Source: an uncultured bacterium (GTDB lineage: Bacteria > Patescibacteriota > Patescibacteriia > Magasanikbacterales > UBA922). Taken from it: a stretch of 64,000 bases of DNA. The stretch covers positions 27,942 to 91,941 of the forward strand of contig CALMAY010000038.1 in the NCBI GenBank assembly GCA_937861125.1, read 5' to 3'. The stretch's first letter is position 1; every line of letters begins with the position of its first letter. The notes under the pieces are model-generated. The model was not told the DNA's origin and did no database searches. It saw nothing but the letters and a program-made list of their open reading frames with translations. Positions 26,907 to 37,023 of this stretch are shown piece by piece. A program made the translations under genes and the position numbers.

Positions 26907-27596
26907 ATGAATATTATTGAAGCAAAACAACTGACAAAAGTGTATCATACGGGGGTGCTCGATGTGCATGCGCTCAAGGATGTTTCTTTGTCTATTGCAG
27001 AGGGTGAATTTGTGGCAATCACTGGACGGTCTGGTTCTGGTAAAAGTACACTGCTGTATCAGCTTGGTTTACTCGATCATCCGAGCAGTGGATCTGTACA
27101 GATAGATGGGATTGAGACGATTGGACTCTCTAGTGATCAGCGGACGGTGATGCGTCTTTCTGTGCTTGGATATGTGTTTCAGGATTATGCACTGATTCCA
27201 TCATTGACAGCGTTGGAAAATATTTTGGTACCACTGCTCATGCAGGGTGATGTATATGGTGTCGCGGAGCAAAAAGCCAAAGATGCACTGCAACGAGTGC
27301 GATTACTCGATCGTGCAAACAATTTACCGAGTCAGATGTCTGGTGGACAGCAACAGCGTGTTTCGATTGCGCGTGCGATTGCACATAGTCCAAAGATTGT
27401 CTTTGCAGATGAGCCAACAGCCAATTTGGATTCTGAAACATCTCGAGCAATTTTGGATACATTTTTGGATCTTCATACGCAGGGACAGACGATTGTGATG
27501 GTGACACACGAGCCAGAGTTTGCGGCCCTTGCGCAGCGAGAAATTATTATGTCAGATGGTGTTATTACCAATGTGATTACCCACAAATCATCCTAA
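26907..27596 (+). CDS. ABC transporter ATP-binding protein (MacB/LolD-like).
   Basis: Walker A GRSGSGKST, signature LSGGQQQRVSIARA, Walker B IVFADEPT; the ATG lies 2 nt after the permease stop. Confidence 0.9.
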   Translation: MNIIEAKQLTKVYHTGVLDVHALKDVSLSIAEGEFVAITGRSGSGKSTLLYQLGLLDHPSSGSVQIDGIETIGLSSDQRTVMRLSVLGYVFQDYALIPSLTALENILVPLLMQGDVYGVAEQKAKDALQRVRLLDRANNLPSQMSGGQQQRVSIARAIAHSPKIVFADEPTANLDSETSRAILDTFLDLHTQGQTIVMVTHEPEFAALAQREIIMSDGVITNVITHKSS

Positions 27597-27604
27597 GTAC
27601 TACT

Positions 27605-28462
27605 ATGCCTATCATTGGTGCTCATGTCTCCGCAGCTGGCGGACTTCATAACTGTTTCAAAAACGCTTCAGATATCGGTGCTCAAGCGTTGCAGATTTTT
27701 GTTTCTTCACCGCGTGCATTTCAGGTCAAGGTGCCAACAGAAGAGATTGTCTCACAATTCAAACAAGCACAAAAAGAGACAAAGCTTGGTCCCGTCTTTG
27801 CACATGCAGCGTATTTGGTTAATCTCGCATCAGCGGATAAAAAAACACAAAACGCTGGGATACAAAGTTTGGTGGCACATCTCTCAATTTGCGAAACACT
27901 TGGGATTGTTGGGCTTGTTTTTCATCTGGGGTCCATTGCTAAAGGTGGAACAAAAGAAGAGGGAATTGCACGTACCGCAGAAGCAATGAACAAGGTACTT
28001 CAAAAAGTACCAGGGAAAAGTTTTTTGATTATGGAAAATTCCTCTGGTGGGGGAGGTAAGCTCGGGAATACACCAGAAGAAATCGGTGAGATGTTTCGTC
28101 TCGCCAACAATTCGCGTATTAAAGTGTGTCTGGATACTGCACATGCGTTTGCGGCGAACGAACTCGGTGAGAGTGTGACGGACAAAACAGTGGATTCGTT
28201 TGTCTCTCGTTGTGACACATCATTTGGGTGGGAGAATGTCGTCTGTATTCACTTCAATGATTCCAAAGTCGCTGCCGGAACATTTACTGATCGTCATGAA
28301 AACATTGGCGAGGGGTTGATTGGGACCAAAGGGTTAAAAGCAATTGCGTTGCATCCAAAAATGAAGAATCTTCCGCTTGTGATGGAGGTGCCTGGATTTG
28401 GAGACGATGGGTCAGATATGGAAAATATACAACGATTGAAAAACATATGTGGAATCAAATAA
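27605..28462 (+). CDS. nfo: Endonuclease IV (AP endonuclease family 2).
   Basis: IGAHVS..G N-terminus; the HxxY..N and ENSSGGG regions match the Nfo TIM barrel. Confidence 0.85.
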   Translation: MPIIGAHVSAAGGLHNCFKNASDIGAQALQIFVSSPRAFQVKVPTEEIVSQFKQAQKETKLGPVFAHAAYLVNLASADKKTQNAGIQSLVAHLSICETLGIVGLVFHLGSIAKGGTKEEGIARTAEAMNKVLQKVPGKSFLIMENSSGGGGKLGNTPEEIGEMFRLANNSRIKVCLDTAHAFAANELGESVTDKTVDSFVSRCDTSFGWENVVCIHFNDSKVAAGTFTDRHENIGEGLIGTKGLKAIALHPKMKNLPLVMEVPGFGDDGSDMENIQRLKNICGIK

Positions 28463-28890
28463 TACGTACAGTACAAATTTGTTCGTTCATGGTAGGAGTA
28501 TATCTGATAGGGTTGTATTTTACATATATTTATCCTGCGTTTGAGTTGTTTGTTTGGATGAGTCCGCTTATGCATACGTTGGGTGGGCTTGCTACTGCAT
28601 TTACTCTTGATCAGTTCTATCGTCAATGTAGTGTTAGGTGGAAGGTGCGTATTGAACCGGTGGGCGTGTATATGGTGTACCTCATTGCAATGACGGTCTG
28701 TGTGGGGGTGGTGTGGGAGATACATGAGTATCTTCATGATGTGCTCTTTGCTAGTGTTTGGCAACCGGGTATAGGAGATACACTTCTTGATTTGGTGATG
28801 GATACGGTTGGGGCAGTCCTGTATGTACTCTTTTTCTTGACAATAGAGCCTAAAAAGATACAAAAAACAAAAGGGAGAGGTAGGGCTTGA
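28447..28890 (+). CDS. Hypothetical polytopic membrane protein.
   Basis: 147-aa ORF with about 4 hydrophobic helices; no recognisable motif. Confidence 0.4.
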   Translation: MWNQIIRTVQICSFMVGVYLIGLYFTYIYPAFELFVWMSPLMHTLGGLATAFTLDQFYRQCSVRWKVRIEPVGVYMVYLIAMTVCVGVVWEIHEYLHDVLFASVWQPGIGDTLLDLVMDTVGAVLYVLFFLTIEPKKIQKTKGRGRA

Positions 28891-28915
28891 CAGATAGAGC
28901 TGTTTTTGCTATACT
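28887..28915 (+). promoter_or_regulatory. Sigma-70-type promoter for rpmG (TTGACA-N17-TATACT).
   Basis: TTGACA at 28887-28892, 17-nt spacer, TATACT at 28910-28915. Confidence 0.55.
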
Positions 28916-28969
28916 AAGGCACATATTGATTTGATTTTCTCTGTTTAGCTTTTTAATTTTTCCACGTGT

Positions 28970-29125
28970 ATGTCACAAGATAACATGATCAAAATGGAGT
29001 GTACGACTTGCAAAATGCCTCGTTATTTCTCCACAAAAAACAAGAAAAAACTCCGCAATCGTCTCGAGCTCAGTAAATACTGCAAAGTCTGCAAAGCGCA
29101 CGTCTTGCACAAAGAGACAAAGTAA
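28970..29125 (+). CDS. rpmG: 50S ribosomal protein L33 (51 aa; absent from the ORF track because it is shorter than 60 aa).
   Basis: Manual translation [51 protein letters not shown]: a Cys4 zinc ribbon and the L33 C-terminal RLEL.KYC..C..H..HKE.K signature; an alternative start at 28985 is possible. Confidence 0.75.
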   Translation: MSQDNMIKMECTTCKMPRYFSTKNKKKLRNRLELSKYCKVCKAHVLHKETK

Positions 29126-29133
29126 GTTACAAT

Positions 29134-29155
29134 AAAATCCCCGAAAGGGGATTTT
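29134..29155 (+). terminator. Hairpin after rpmG (partial terminator or processing site).
   Basis: AAAATCCCC-GAAA-GGGGATTTT. Confidence 0.45.
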
Positions 29156-29184
29156 GAATATGGGCTCGTACTGAGCTCGTCGAA

Positions 29185-29258
29185 GGGCGCTTCGTATAAT
29201 GGTAGTACTACGGTCTCCAAAACCGTATGCGTAGGTTCGATTCCTACAGCGCCTGCCA
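29185..29258 (+). tRNA. tRNA-Trp(CCA), CCA encoded.
   Basis: Acceptor GGGCGCT/AGCGCCT (G1-U72 wobble), D-arm GTAT-AATGGTA-GTAC, anticodon stem ACGGT/ACCGT with loop CTCCAAA, T-arm GTAGG-TTCGATT-CCTAC, discriminator G, CCA. Confidence 0.8.
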
Positions 29259-29260
29259 AA

Positions 29261-29300
29261 AACAAAAAAGTAGCTTAGTTGCTACTTTTTTGTTTTTTTG
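29261..29300 (+). terminator. Intrinsic terminator after tRNA-Trp.
   Basis: AAAAAGTAGC-TTAGTT-GCTACTTTTT followed by a T-run. Confidence 0.7.
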
Positions 29301-29559
29301 TCTGAGTATTTGTTGTGGTAGTATAAGTTATTTTTATTCTGTGGTAGGAGGATGTGTACGGACATGATTTTTGGTATATTGGATATAAAATAAGATGAAT
29401 GTAAAACTCTGTATATTTGTATAGGGTTTTTGCTACATGCACAATAAAAAGATAGGATAAGTTATCCACAAAAACATATTGTAAAGTATAAAACTGTGTT
29501 ATACTTCTACAGATAAATAATTTTATTATCCATCTTTGTTTTTAAGATAGCAGTTTTTT

Positions 29560-32500
29560 ATGTACACACCATTTTCTTGGTTGACTGGAGTAAACCCGAG
29601 ACATATTTTGCGCAGTACACTTGTTGTCCTGTCTTTTTTTATTGTGACAGGCGCAGTGTTGTATGCATATCAGCAGGTATTTGCCTTTTCTGGATCAGGA
29701 TCTGGTACTGCGGAAGATCCGTATATTATCATGACCTGTGAACAGCTCGCAGAAGTTGATAATGATTTAGCAGCACACTATCGTTTGGGTGATTATATTG
29801 GGTGTGGTGCTGAAAATTTTCCACTTGCTCGTGTGATGGATGGATCTGATTTGGACGCTGGGTTTGGCGGGTTTACTGGTGTGTTTGATGGAGATGGGTA
29901 TACAATTAGTTATCAAAAAAATGTACCAGCAGAAATCGATGACCAAAATTACCTCGGGTTGTTTGGGTATCTTAATGGTGCAACAATTAGAGATCTACAT
30001 ATTGTAGCTGGGTGGGAACAGGGACCTGGAGGTACTGATGTGTTGTATGGGGGAAGTTTTGTGGGTTCTCTGGCTGGAAAAGCAGTCAATACGCTGATTA
30101 TTAATGTAAGCGCATCAAATAACATCCAGAGTGCAAATACTACTGGAGGGTTGGTCGGACAGATGAACAACTCTCGTATTGTTGGAGGCTCATTTGAAGG
30201 AAGTATTGATGCCACATCACAAAGTGGTGGGTTGGTTGGTGAGGTATCTGGAAATTATGAGGGTGATTTGCCTGCTATAGAACAGTCATACACATTTGGT
30301 TCTTTTACGGCTGGGTGGGGTGTTGGTAATGTTGGAGGATTAGTTGGGTATATGACGACAGCAGAGATACTCAATTCGTATTCACAGATGGATGTAAATG
30401 CATATAACAATGTTGGTGGTTTGGTCGGAAATGCGATTGGGTCTAGTATTGTAAATGCGTATGCGTCAGGGAGTGTAACTGGAAATAACACTGTCGGTGG
30501 TTTGGTTGGAAGAGTATTTTCAAGTGGTTCGAGTATAGAAAATGCATTTGCAGCTGGTATCATTACTGGGTCTAGTTATATTGGAGGTGTGGTTGGTGGT
30601 GTAGGGGATTTTGGAGGTGATAATCCATCTTTTCTTTCTACGACAAACACGTACTGGGATGCAACGATGACTGGTATGAGTGAATGTAGTGGTTTAGCAG
30701 AAGAAACATGGGCTGGGTGTACGATGATTACACCTGGAGATCCGACGACATATTGGAAATTGGGTGGTGTTGAGCCGATGTTAACTTGGAATACTACAGA
30801 CATTTGGAATCTTGATTCCATGTCTAACTATCCTTGGTTATTTGCTTATACTGAACCTACATTTGCTAGTGGTACTGGTGTTGAAGGTGATCCATATGTT
30901 ATTACAAATTGCACACAACTTCAGTTGATGAACACGGTGCTGGATGCACATTTTGTGTTGGGAAGTGATATCGATTGTTTGGAGACAGAAGGGTGGAATG
31001 AAAATACAGCTGAGTGGGTAGATGGGGTGGTGGATGGAGAGTTGATTCCTGATAGTTACAATGATATTCCTGGTGTATATGGGGCAGTATCAAACAATGG
31101 ATACTATGGTTTTGAGCCAATTGGGTCCGACGGAGATCCGTTTACTGGCGTGTTTGATGGAGATGGATATACGATTAATGATTTGTGGATATTTCGAAAA
31201 GAACAAGATAATGTTGGTTTATTTGGCTATACTGCTGGCGCAACAATTGAAGATTTTGATTTAGTTGCAGCAGACATTGTTGGCGAGTCAAATGTGGGTG
31301 GCGTTGTAGGTACCATGGAAGATACGTCGATTTCTGATGTGACTATATTCGATAGTCATGTGCGAGCATATTTGAGTTATTACGGCGGAGGAATTGCCGG
31401 TATTATGATGGAAAATACTGGAACAAGCACTATCTCATATGTGACTATGTCTGGTGGTGGGGTGCATGGAAGTGGAAATATTATTGGTGGTTTGATTGGT
31501 AAAATGTATGATGGTATTCTCACATATGCTAATTCTTCTGCATCGGTGGATGGTGGATTTAGTATCGGTGGTGCGATTGGAGAAATGTCTACTGGTTCAG
31601 TGTCGTATGTTGATATAACGGGGTCAGTTCATTCAGATCGTACTGAAGGTGAATTTATTGCAAAATCTGGTGAAAATACAGGTGGATTTGTTGGATATAT
31701 GTATGAAGGGACTATCACTAGTTCTACTGCGAGCGGTGATGTGGAGTGTGAGGGTGGAAAGTGTGGTGGATTTATCGGATATGCTGCGAGTGGAAACGCG
31801 CTCATTACAAACTCTTCTGCCTCAGGTGATGTGACTGTTGTTGATGGGTTTTCACCGTCATACATTGGCGGATTTGCTGGGTATGTGGAAAACAGTGGAT
31901 ATAATTGGGAGGATCCGTATGTATATGGCGTTGAATGGGTAAATCTGTCTGCTGCTGGTTCTGTCTTTGCAACCTCTTCTGATTCTGTAGGTGGTTTTGC
32001 TGGGCGTGTCTACGGATATGATCTTTCTTCTGTATCTTCGACAGGTGGTGTGGTAATAGGTGATAGTTATGTCGGTGGTTTTGTTGGTGAGATATTTAAC
32101 TCCTCTGTGTCGTCGAGCACTGCTTCTTCTACTGTTACAGGTATGGATAACTATATTGGTGGCTTTGCTGGTTATTCAGGTTGTCAGAGTCGGTTTACTC
32201 GGTCACAAGCTTTTGGAGATGTGTTTGGTGCTGCTGCGGTAGGTGGTTTTTCTGGCGCAGATGGATGTGAGGGGTATGGATCGACGTTTACAGAGGTGTA
32301 TACAACAGGTGATGTGGTTGCGTCTGTAGTTGCAGCTGGAGGTTTGATCGGAGAAGCATATTTAACTACAGTAGAGCGCTCGTATGCGTTGGGAAATGTT
32401 ACTGCGACAGGAGATAATGTGGGTGGATTGATTGGACAAATGATTGGGTATGATGGGTATGAACATTCGTCTGTGACAGATTCATACGCTCGAGGGAATG

Positions 32501-34527
32501 TTGAATCAACCTCAGGGGTTCAGGTCGGTGGTTTGGTTGGGTATATTGGTGCATATACTGATATGGTCAATGTGTATGCGACAGGTGTCGCATCTGGTAC
32601 GACTGCTGTTGGAGGTCTTTATGGCGGTGGAGACGTTTCCACTGCAGCATTTTGGGATATTGAGACATCTGGTCTTTCTGCGGGGTGTGGATATGGATGT
32701 GACGACACTGCTGTAGGGACAAGCACTGAGCGTATGAAGACACAATCGATGTATACAGATGCTGGCTGGGATTTTGAAACAGTGTGGACATTTGAGGGGG
32801 CAAACATAGTAAATGATGGGTACCCAATTTTACAATTTCAAACAGTAGGAGAAGATACTGAAACATTGACTCCTGAATTACTTTCACCGGAGGATGGTTC
32901 TTCTCACGATGTAGATGCAGAGATGGATATCACTTTTGTGCTTCCTGAGACACCGTTGTCAAATAGTATTACTATTGCATTCTTACCAGAAGTGGGTGAT
33001 CCAATAGTGCTACAGTTGCGTGATGCTGCGCCTGAGGTGGAAAACACCTTTACGATTATACCAAATCAGAATCTTTCTTTGGTTGAAGAGGTGCTTTCTG
33101 CTTCGACAAGCACTATTCCAACTGGTACATATACAATATTACTCGCATACCAAGATGTATTTGGAAACCCTGTTGCTACTGATAGTGTTTCAGAAGTGTT
33201 ATTATACGAATTTCCTGAGTTAGTTATGGGTGAGACAACTGGTATCGGACAGACACAGGCGACGTTGAATGCAAGTGTTGTCGATGGTTCTGTGGAATTG
33301 TTTAGTGAGTATGCATTGTATGGATTTATCGTGAGTGAAAATTCAGATCCAACAGTTGAAAATGCGGTTGCAATACCTGGTCCTGTCGTTATCGAAGAGT
33401 TGGGTTCATATGAATGGATTTTTGGGGATGACGATGGTGAGGTGCTTGAGTGTGGTACGACGTACTATGTGCGTGCACTCGGAGTGTTGATGTATGGTGA
33501 AACTCTCTTGACGAGTGAAAATGTAGATTCGTTTACAACACTTGATTGTGATGAAGAAGAAGGAGAAGAAGAGCCACGTCCTCGTTCTGGTGGTGGGTCT
33601 TCTGTCTCTATTTCTCGTCCTCGTCCAACAGACAACACGACAGCAACTACTGGGGCACTCGTTATCAATAATGGTGATGAGACTACAACAAGTAGAACTG
33701 TTTCTTTGAAAATTAATGCAACAAATGCAGTAGAGATGGCAATCAGTAATAGTCCGCTATTTAGCGATAGTACGTATATCCCATTTACTTCTTCTGCAAA
33801 GCATACACTTAGTGCTGGTGAGGGGCAAAAAACAGTGTATGTAAAGCTTCGTTCTGCTACCGGTGGTACTCTTCTGGTTTTAGATTCGATTCAGTTGTCT
33901 AATGTGGTGAATAAAAAACCATCTGACATTGTTCCTTTAGTACTAACCACCCCAATCCCACAAAACGGCCTCCAATGCACTACTAACCTTGTTCTCACTA
34001 CTCCAGTCAAACTCGGAGCCCCCAACAATCCAAACGACGTCAAACTCCTCGAGCAGTTCCTCAATACCTATGAAGGCACTAACCTCCCAGTCAATGGAAT
34101 ATATGAAACAGCAGACTTCAACGCAGTAGTGAAGTGGCAAGAGAAATATGCCTCTGACATCCTCACTCCATGGGGACTCACCAAAGGCTCAGGATATGTC
34201 TACACCACATCTTTGAAAAAAATCAAAGAGATCCACGAAAAGAACTGTGCAACAGCAGGAACGACACCAGTGCAACCAACCACACCAGTATCAGCAAGTT
34301 GTCTCAACACACAAACAACCCTGACACAAGGTATGACAGGAGCACTCGTTACCACCGCACAAACACTCCTCCAAAAACTCAACTACTTCACTGTCACACC
34401 AACCGGCTTCTTTGGCCCAGTCACCACCGCCTCAGTCAAAGCCTTCCAAAGTGCAAACGGCATTGACCCTGTCGGCTACATCGGACCAGCAACCAGAGCC
34501 AAGCTTAATGAGTTGGGGTGTCGGTAG
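29560..34527 (+). CDS. Giant (1655 aa) cell-surface protein: N-terminal signal anchor, two modules each followed by many GLUG-type (GGLVG) repeats, a Glu/Pro/Ser linker, and two C-terminal PG_binding_1-like peptidoglycan-binding domains.
   Basis: Dozens of VGGLVG/IGGFAGY repeat units; duplicated DPY.I..C.QL...FTGVFDGDGYTI...GLFGY..GATI.D modules; the C-terminus has two PGBD-like helical repeats (GALVTTAQTLLQKLNYF...GPVTTASVKAFQSANGI). Confidence 0.75.
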   Translation: MYTPFSWLTGVNPRHILRSTLVVLSFFIVTGAVLYAYQQVFAFSGSGSGTAEDPYIIMTCEQLAEVDNDLAAHYRLGDYIGCGAENFPLARVMDGSDLDAGFGGFTGVFDGDGYTISYQKNVPAEIDDQNYLGLFGYLNGATIRDLHIVAGWEQGPGGTDVLYGGSFVGSLAGKAVNTLIINVSASNNIQSANTTGGLVGQMNNSRIVGGSFEGSIDATSQSGGLVGEVSGNYEGDLPAIEQSYTFGSFTAGWGVGNVGGLVGYMTTAEILNSYSQMDVNAYNNVGGLVGNAIGSSIVNAYASGSVTGNNTVGGLVGRVFSSGSSIENAFAAGIITGSSYIGGVVGGVGDFGGDNPSFLSTTNTYWDATMTGMSECSGLAEETWAGCTMITPGDPTTYWKLGGVEPMLTWNTTDIWNLDSMSNYPWLFAYTEPTFASGTGVEGDPYVITNCTQLQLMNTVLDAHFVLGSDIDCLETEGWNENTAEWVDGVVDGELIPDSYNDIPGVYGAVSNNGYYGFEPIGSDGDPFTGVFDGDGYTINDLWIFRKEQDNVGLFGYTAGATIEDFDLVAADIVGESNVGGVVGTMEDTSISDVTIFDSHVRAYLSYYGGGIAGIMMENTGTSTISYVTMSGGGVHGSGNIIGGLIGKMYDGILTYANSSASVDGGFSIGGAIGEMSTGSVSYVDITGSVHSDRTEGEFIAKSGENTGGFVGYMYEGTITSSTASGDVECEGGKCGGFIGYAASGNALITNSSASGDVTVVDGFSPSYIGGFAGYVENSGYNWEDPYVYGVEWVNLSAAGSVFATSSDSVGGFAGRVYGYDLSSVSSTGGVVIGDSYVGGFVGEIFNSSVSSSTASSTVTGMDNYIGGFAGYSGCQSRFTRSQAFGDVFGAAAVGGFSGADGCEGYGSTFTEVYTTGDVVASVVAAGGLIGEAYLTTVERSYALGNVTATGDNVGGLIGQMIGYDGYEHSSVTDSYARGNVESTSGVQVGGLVGYIGAYTDMVNVYATGVASGTTAVGGLYGGGDVSTAAFWDIETSGLSAGCGYGCDDTAVGTSTERMKTQSMYTDAGWDFETVWTFEGANIVNDGYPILQFQTVGEDTETLTPELLSPEDGSSHDVDAEMDITFVLPETPLSNSITIAFLPEVGDPIVLQLRDAAPEVENTFTIIPNQNLSLVEEVLSASTSTIPTGTYTILLAYQDVFGNPVATDSVSEVLLYEFPELVMGETTGIGQTQATLNASVVDGSVELFSEYALYGFIVSENSDPTVENAVAIPGPVVIEELGSYEWIFGDDDGEVLECGTTYYVRALGVLMYGETLLTSENVDSFTTLDCDEEEGEEEPRPRSGGGSSVSISRPRPTDNTTATTGALVINNGDETTTSRTVSLKINATNAVEMAISNSPLFSDSTYIPFTSSAKHTLSAGEGQKTVYVKLRSATGGTLLVLDSIQLSNVVNKKPSDIVPLVLTTPIPQNGLQCTTNLVLTTPVKLGAPNNPNDVKLLEQFLNTYEGTNLPVNGIYETADFNAVVKWQEKYASDILTPWGLTKGSGYVYTTSLKKIKEIHEKNCATAGTTPVQPTTPVSASCLNTQTTLTQGMTGALVTTAQTLLQKLNYFTVTPTGFFGPVTTASVKAFQSANGIDPVGYIGPATRAKLNELGCR

Positions 34528-34546
34528 AAATGTTTTTGATAAAATA

Positions 34547-34580
34547 CAAAAACAGCCTTGAAAAGCTGTTTTTGTTTTTA
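34547..34580. terminator. Bidirectional intrinsic terminator between the giant gene and the ABC-F gene.
   Basis: AAAACAGC-CTTGAAA-AGCTGTTTTT. Confidence 0.7.
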
Positions 34581-36377
34581 TTATATACGTCCATATTTTG
34601 CTTCCAAATCACCGAGCTTTTCTTGCACTCCAAACCATTGTGACTCTTTTTCTTTGAGGAGGAGCTCTACTATCTGGAGTTGCTTTGTTTTTTCAATTGA
34701 GTACTTACCGGGATGTTTGAGAAACCATTTATGAATACTATGTTGTTCTTTTTCTAGGTCAGCAACTTCTTCTTCAATATCACGTAACAACTTTTTCTGT
34801 TCTTTAATCTCCTCCTTGAGTCGTGGGCGTTCATCATCTGATGCGAGAGCTGGAATTGTTTTTTCTGGAATAGCTGGTCGTCGATTGCGACCGATGATAT
34901 CACCGAGGTGATAGACATACTCCTCGTATGAGTGGTGATAGCGTTTTACAGATCCATCATTTACCTCAATGATACCTGTGGCTATTTTTTCTACAAAGGC
35001 ACGATTGTGACTGATGAGTAATATGGTACGATTGGTTTCGTGAAGTGCTTGGGCGAGCGACTCTACTGTTTCAAAATCAAGATGGTTGGTCGGTTCATCC
35101 AGTAGTAGAACCTGATCTTTTCCAAGCATTAACCCAGCGAGACACAGGCGTGCTCTCTCACCTCCACTAAGTACTGACAAGGGTTTTTCGATGTCTCCTG
35201 CACGGAACAAAAAATTTCCAGCAATTTCAAGTACATCTTGTGTGCTTCGATGAATACTTCCGGCTCGTTCGAGATATCCAAGGACTGTATCAAACGGATT
35301 GAGCTGATCAGTCATGTGCTGAGCATAGTAGCCAATAGAAACAGTTGGGTGCCATGTGGCGGTGCCAGAGAGTGGGAGGAGGTCTTTGGCGAGTGTACGT
35401 AGGAGTGTTGTTTTGCCTTGTCCGTTGTCTCCGACAATGGCGACATGTTCACCGCGGTGGATTTCAAACGTGATATCACTTGCCACAGGTGACTCTTTGG
35501 TATATCCCATACTGAGTTCTTCTGTTCGCAGTACAATTCCTTTTTTATTTTCACAATTTGGGACGTGTATACGGGTGGTGTGTAGTGGTGCTTCGATTTC
35601 AATTGTTTTGAGTTTTTCAAGATATTTCATCTTTGATTGTGCTTGTGTTGCTTTGCTTGCTTTGGCACGGAAACGGTCGATAAATTCTTGGACATGAGCA
35701 CGTTCTTTCTCAACTTTTTTATTATATTTTTTTTGCATTTCAAGTTGCGCTTTTTTGTATTCTAGATATGCATCAATTTGTCCGGGGTATGAATACGCTC
35801 TACCACGCTCAATATCAAGTGTCTCGGTACAGACATCACGCAAGAATGCGCGATCGTGTGAGATGAGGAGAAAGCTGCCAGTGTATTGTTTCAAAAAATC
35901 TCCTAAAAGCAAGATAGTAGAGAGGTCGAGAAAGTTTGTTGGCTCGTCGAGTAAGAGGACGTTGGGATCTTGGAGCAGCATGCCAACAAGTTTGATACGC
36001 ATACGATACCCCCCAGAGAGGTTTTTGAGTTGGGAGTTGAGATGTGTTTCGTTCAGTTCAAATTTATGTGCGAGTTTGGCCGCCTGCCATGATTCTTTTT
36101 TAGATGTGCGTATTAGATAGGAGAGGGCTGTTTCACTCAGATCCATGTCGTCGTGCTGTGCGATGTGTCCGAGTCGAGCACTGTTGTGAAGTTGTACTGT
36201 CCCGCTATCAGCTTCTTCTTGTCCGAGAATGATGCGAAAGAGGGTTGATTTTCCTGCACCATTTCTCCCGATTACACCGATTTTCTGACGTTCAGAGACG
36301 GTAAAGGTCGCTCCCATGAGGATAGGGCGTTCGCCATAGCTTTTTTGAATGTCATTGACGGCGAGAAGAAGTGCCAT
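34581..36377 (-). CDS. ABC-F family ATPase (two tandem ABC domains, C-terminal coiled-coil arm; EttA/Uup-like).
   Basis: Two Walker A boxes (GRNGAGKST, GDNGQGKTT), two LSGG signatures, and an inter-domain linker; start taken at MALLLAVNDIQKSYG. Confidence 0.85.
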   Translation of the reverse strand: MALLLAVNDIQKSYGERPILMGATFTVSERQKIGVIGRNGAGKSTLFRIILGQEEADSGTVQLHNSARLGHIAQHDDMDLSETALSYLIRTSKKESWQAAKLAHKFELNETHLNSQLKNLSGGYRMRIKLVGMLLQDPNVLLLDEPTNFLDLSTILLLGDFLKQYTGSFLLISHDRAFLRDVCTETLDIERGRAYSYPGQIDAYLEYKKAQLEMQKKYNKKVEKERAHVQEFIDRFRAKASKATQAQSKMKYLEKLKTIEIEAPLHTTRIHVPNCENKKGIVLRTEELSMGYTKESPVASDITFEIHRGEHVAIVGDNGQGKTTLLRTLAKDLLPLSGTATWHPTVSIGYYAQHMTDQLNPFDTVLGYLERAGSIHRSTQDVLEIAGNFLFRAGDIEKPLSVLSGGERARLCLAGLMLGKDQVLLLDEPTNHLDFETVESLAQALHETNRTILLISHNRAFVEKIATGIIEVNDGSVKRYHHSYEEYVYHLGDIIGRNRRPAIPEKTIPALASDDERPRLKEEIKEQKKLLRDIEEEVADLEKEQHSIHKWFLKHPGKYSIEKTKQLQIVELLLKEKESQWFGVQEKLGDLEAKYGRI

Positions 36378-36503
36378 ATTTTTGCCTATATTAACAGAAA
36401 AAGAGTGTTTCGTAAAGATTACTATGTTATCCACAGGGGGGTACGAAGAGCTGGTTTTGTGTGGTATACTATATACATATTTATTTATCTATATTTTTTA
36501 TAT

Positions 36504-36941
36504 ATGAAACAGTTTGCATGTTTATTCTTGCTTGGCGGTGTATTGTTAGCTTCACCTGCACTTGCGGTTGATGAAACATCGTCCTCTACAACACCAGTAA
36601 CTGAAACAGCATCTGGTTTGGAATGTATTCAAGATGCAATTGAAACAAGAGATACTGCACTTATTGATGCATTGAGTTCATATCACGCTGCTGCAAAAAC
36701 AGCATTAGAGACACGTATCGCTGAATTAAAATCTGCGTGGGAGCAACCAAAAGGGACATATCGTAAAGCTGATATTAAAGATGTGTGGACTGAGTATCGA
36801 ATAGATCTTCGAAATGCACGAAAAGAGTTTAAATTAGATAAAAAAGTAGCGTGGGATGTATTTAAAAAGGCTAAAGCTGCATGTAAGGGTGTGCAGGTTT
36901 CGGATGATACTGGCAATTCAGCCGCAGATACAACATTATAA
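36504..36941 (+). CDS. Small secreted hypothetical protein (signal peptide plus helical domain).
   Basis: MKQFACLFLLGGVLLASPALA signal peptide; start chosen at the first in-frame ATG that has a signal peptide. Confidence 0.45.
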   Translation: MKQFACLFLLGGVLLASPALAVDETSSSTTPVTETASGLECIQDAIETRDTALIDALSSYHAAAKTALETRIAELKSAWEQPKGTYRKADIKDVWTEYRIDLRNARKEFKLDKKVAWDVFKKAKAACKGVQVSDDTGNSAADTTL

Positions 36942-37023
36942 TATTTGTACTAAAAGACATCCCTGTAATTCTGGGATGTCTTTTAATTTTATGGTATACT
37001 ATCTGTACTATTGTCCATGTATT

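Noticed and set aside
29949-32887. Repetitive nucleotide structure inside the giant gene that could be mistaken for a CRISPR-like or tandem repeat array; also several short antisense ORFs.
   Set aside because: The repeats are imperfect and of variable length, and they are in frame. They encode GGLVG-type protein repeats. No spacer/repeat periodicity or leader is present.
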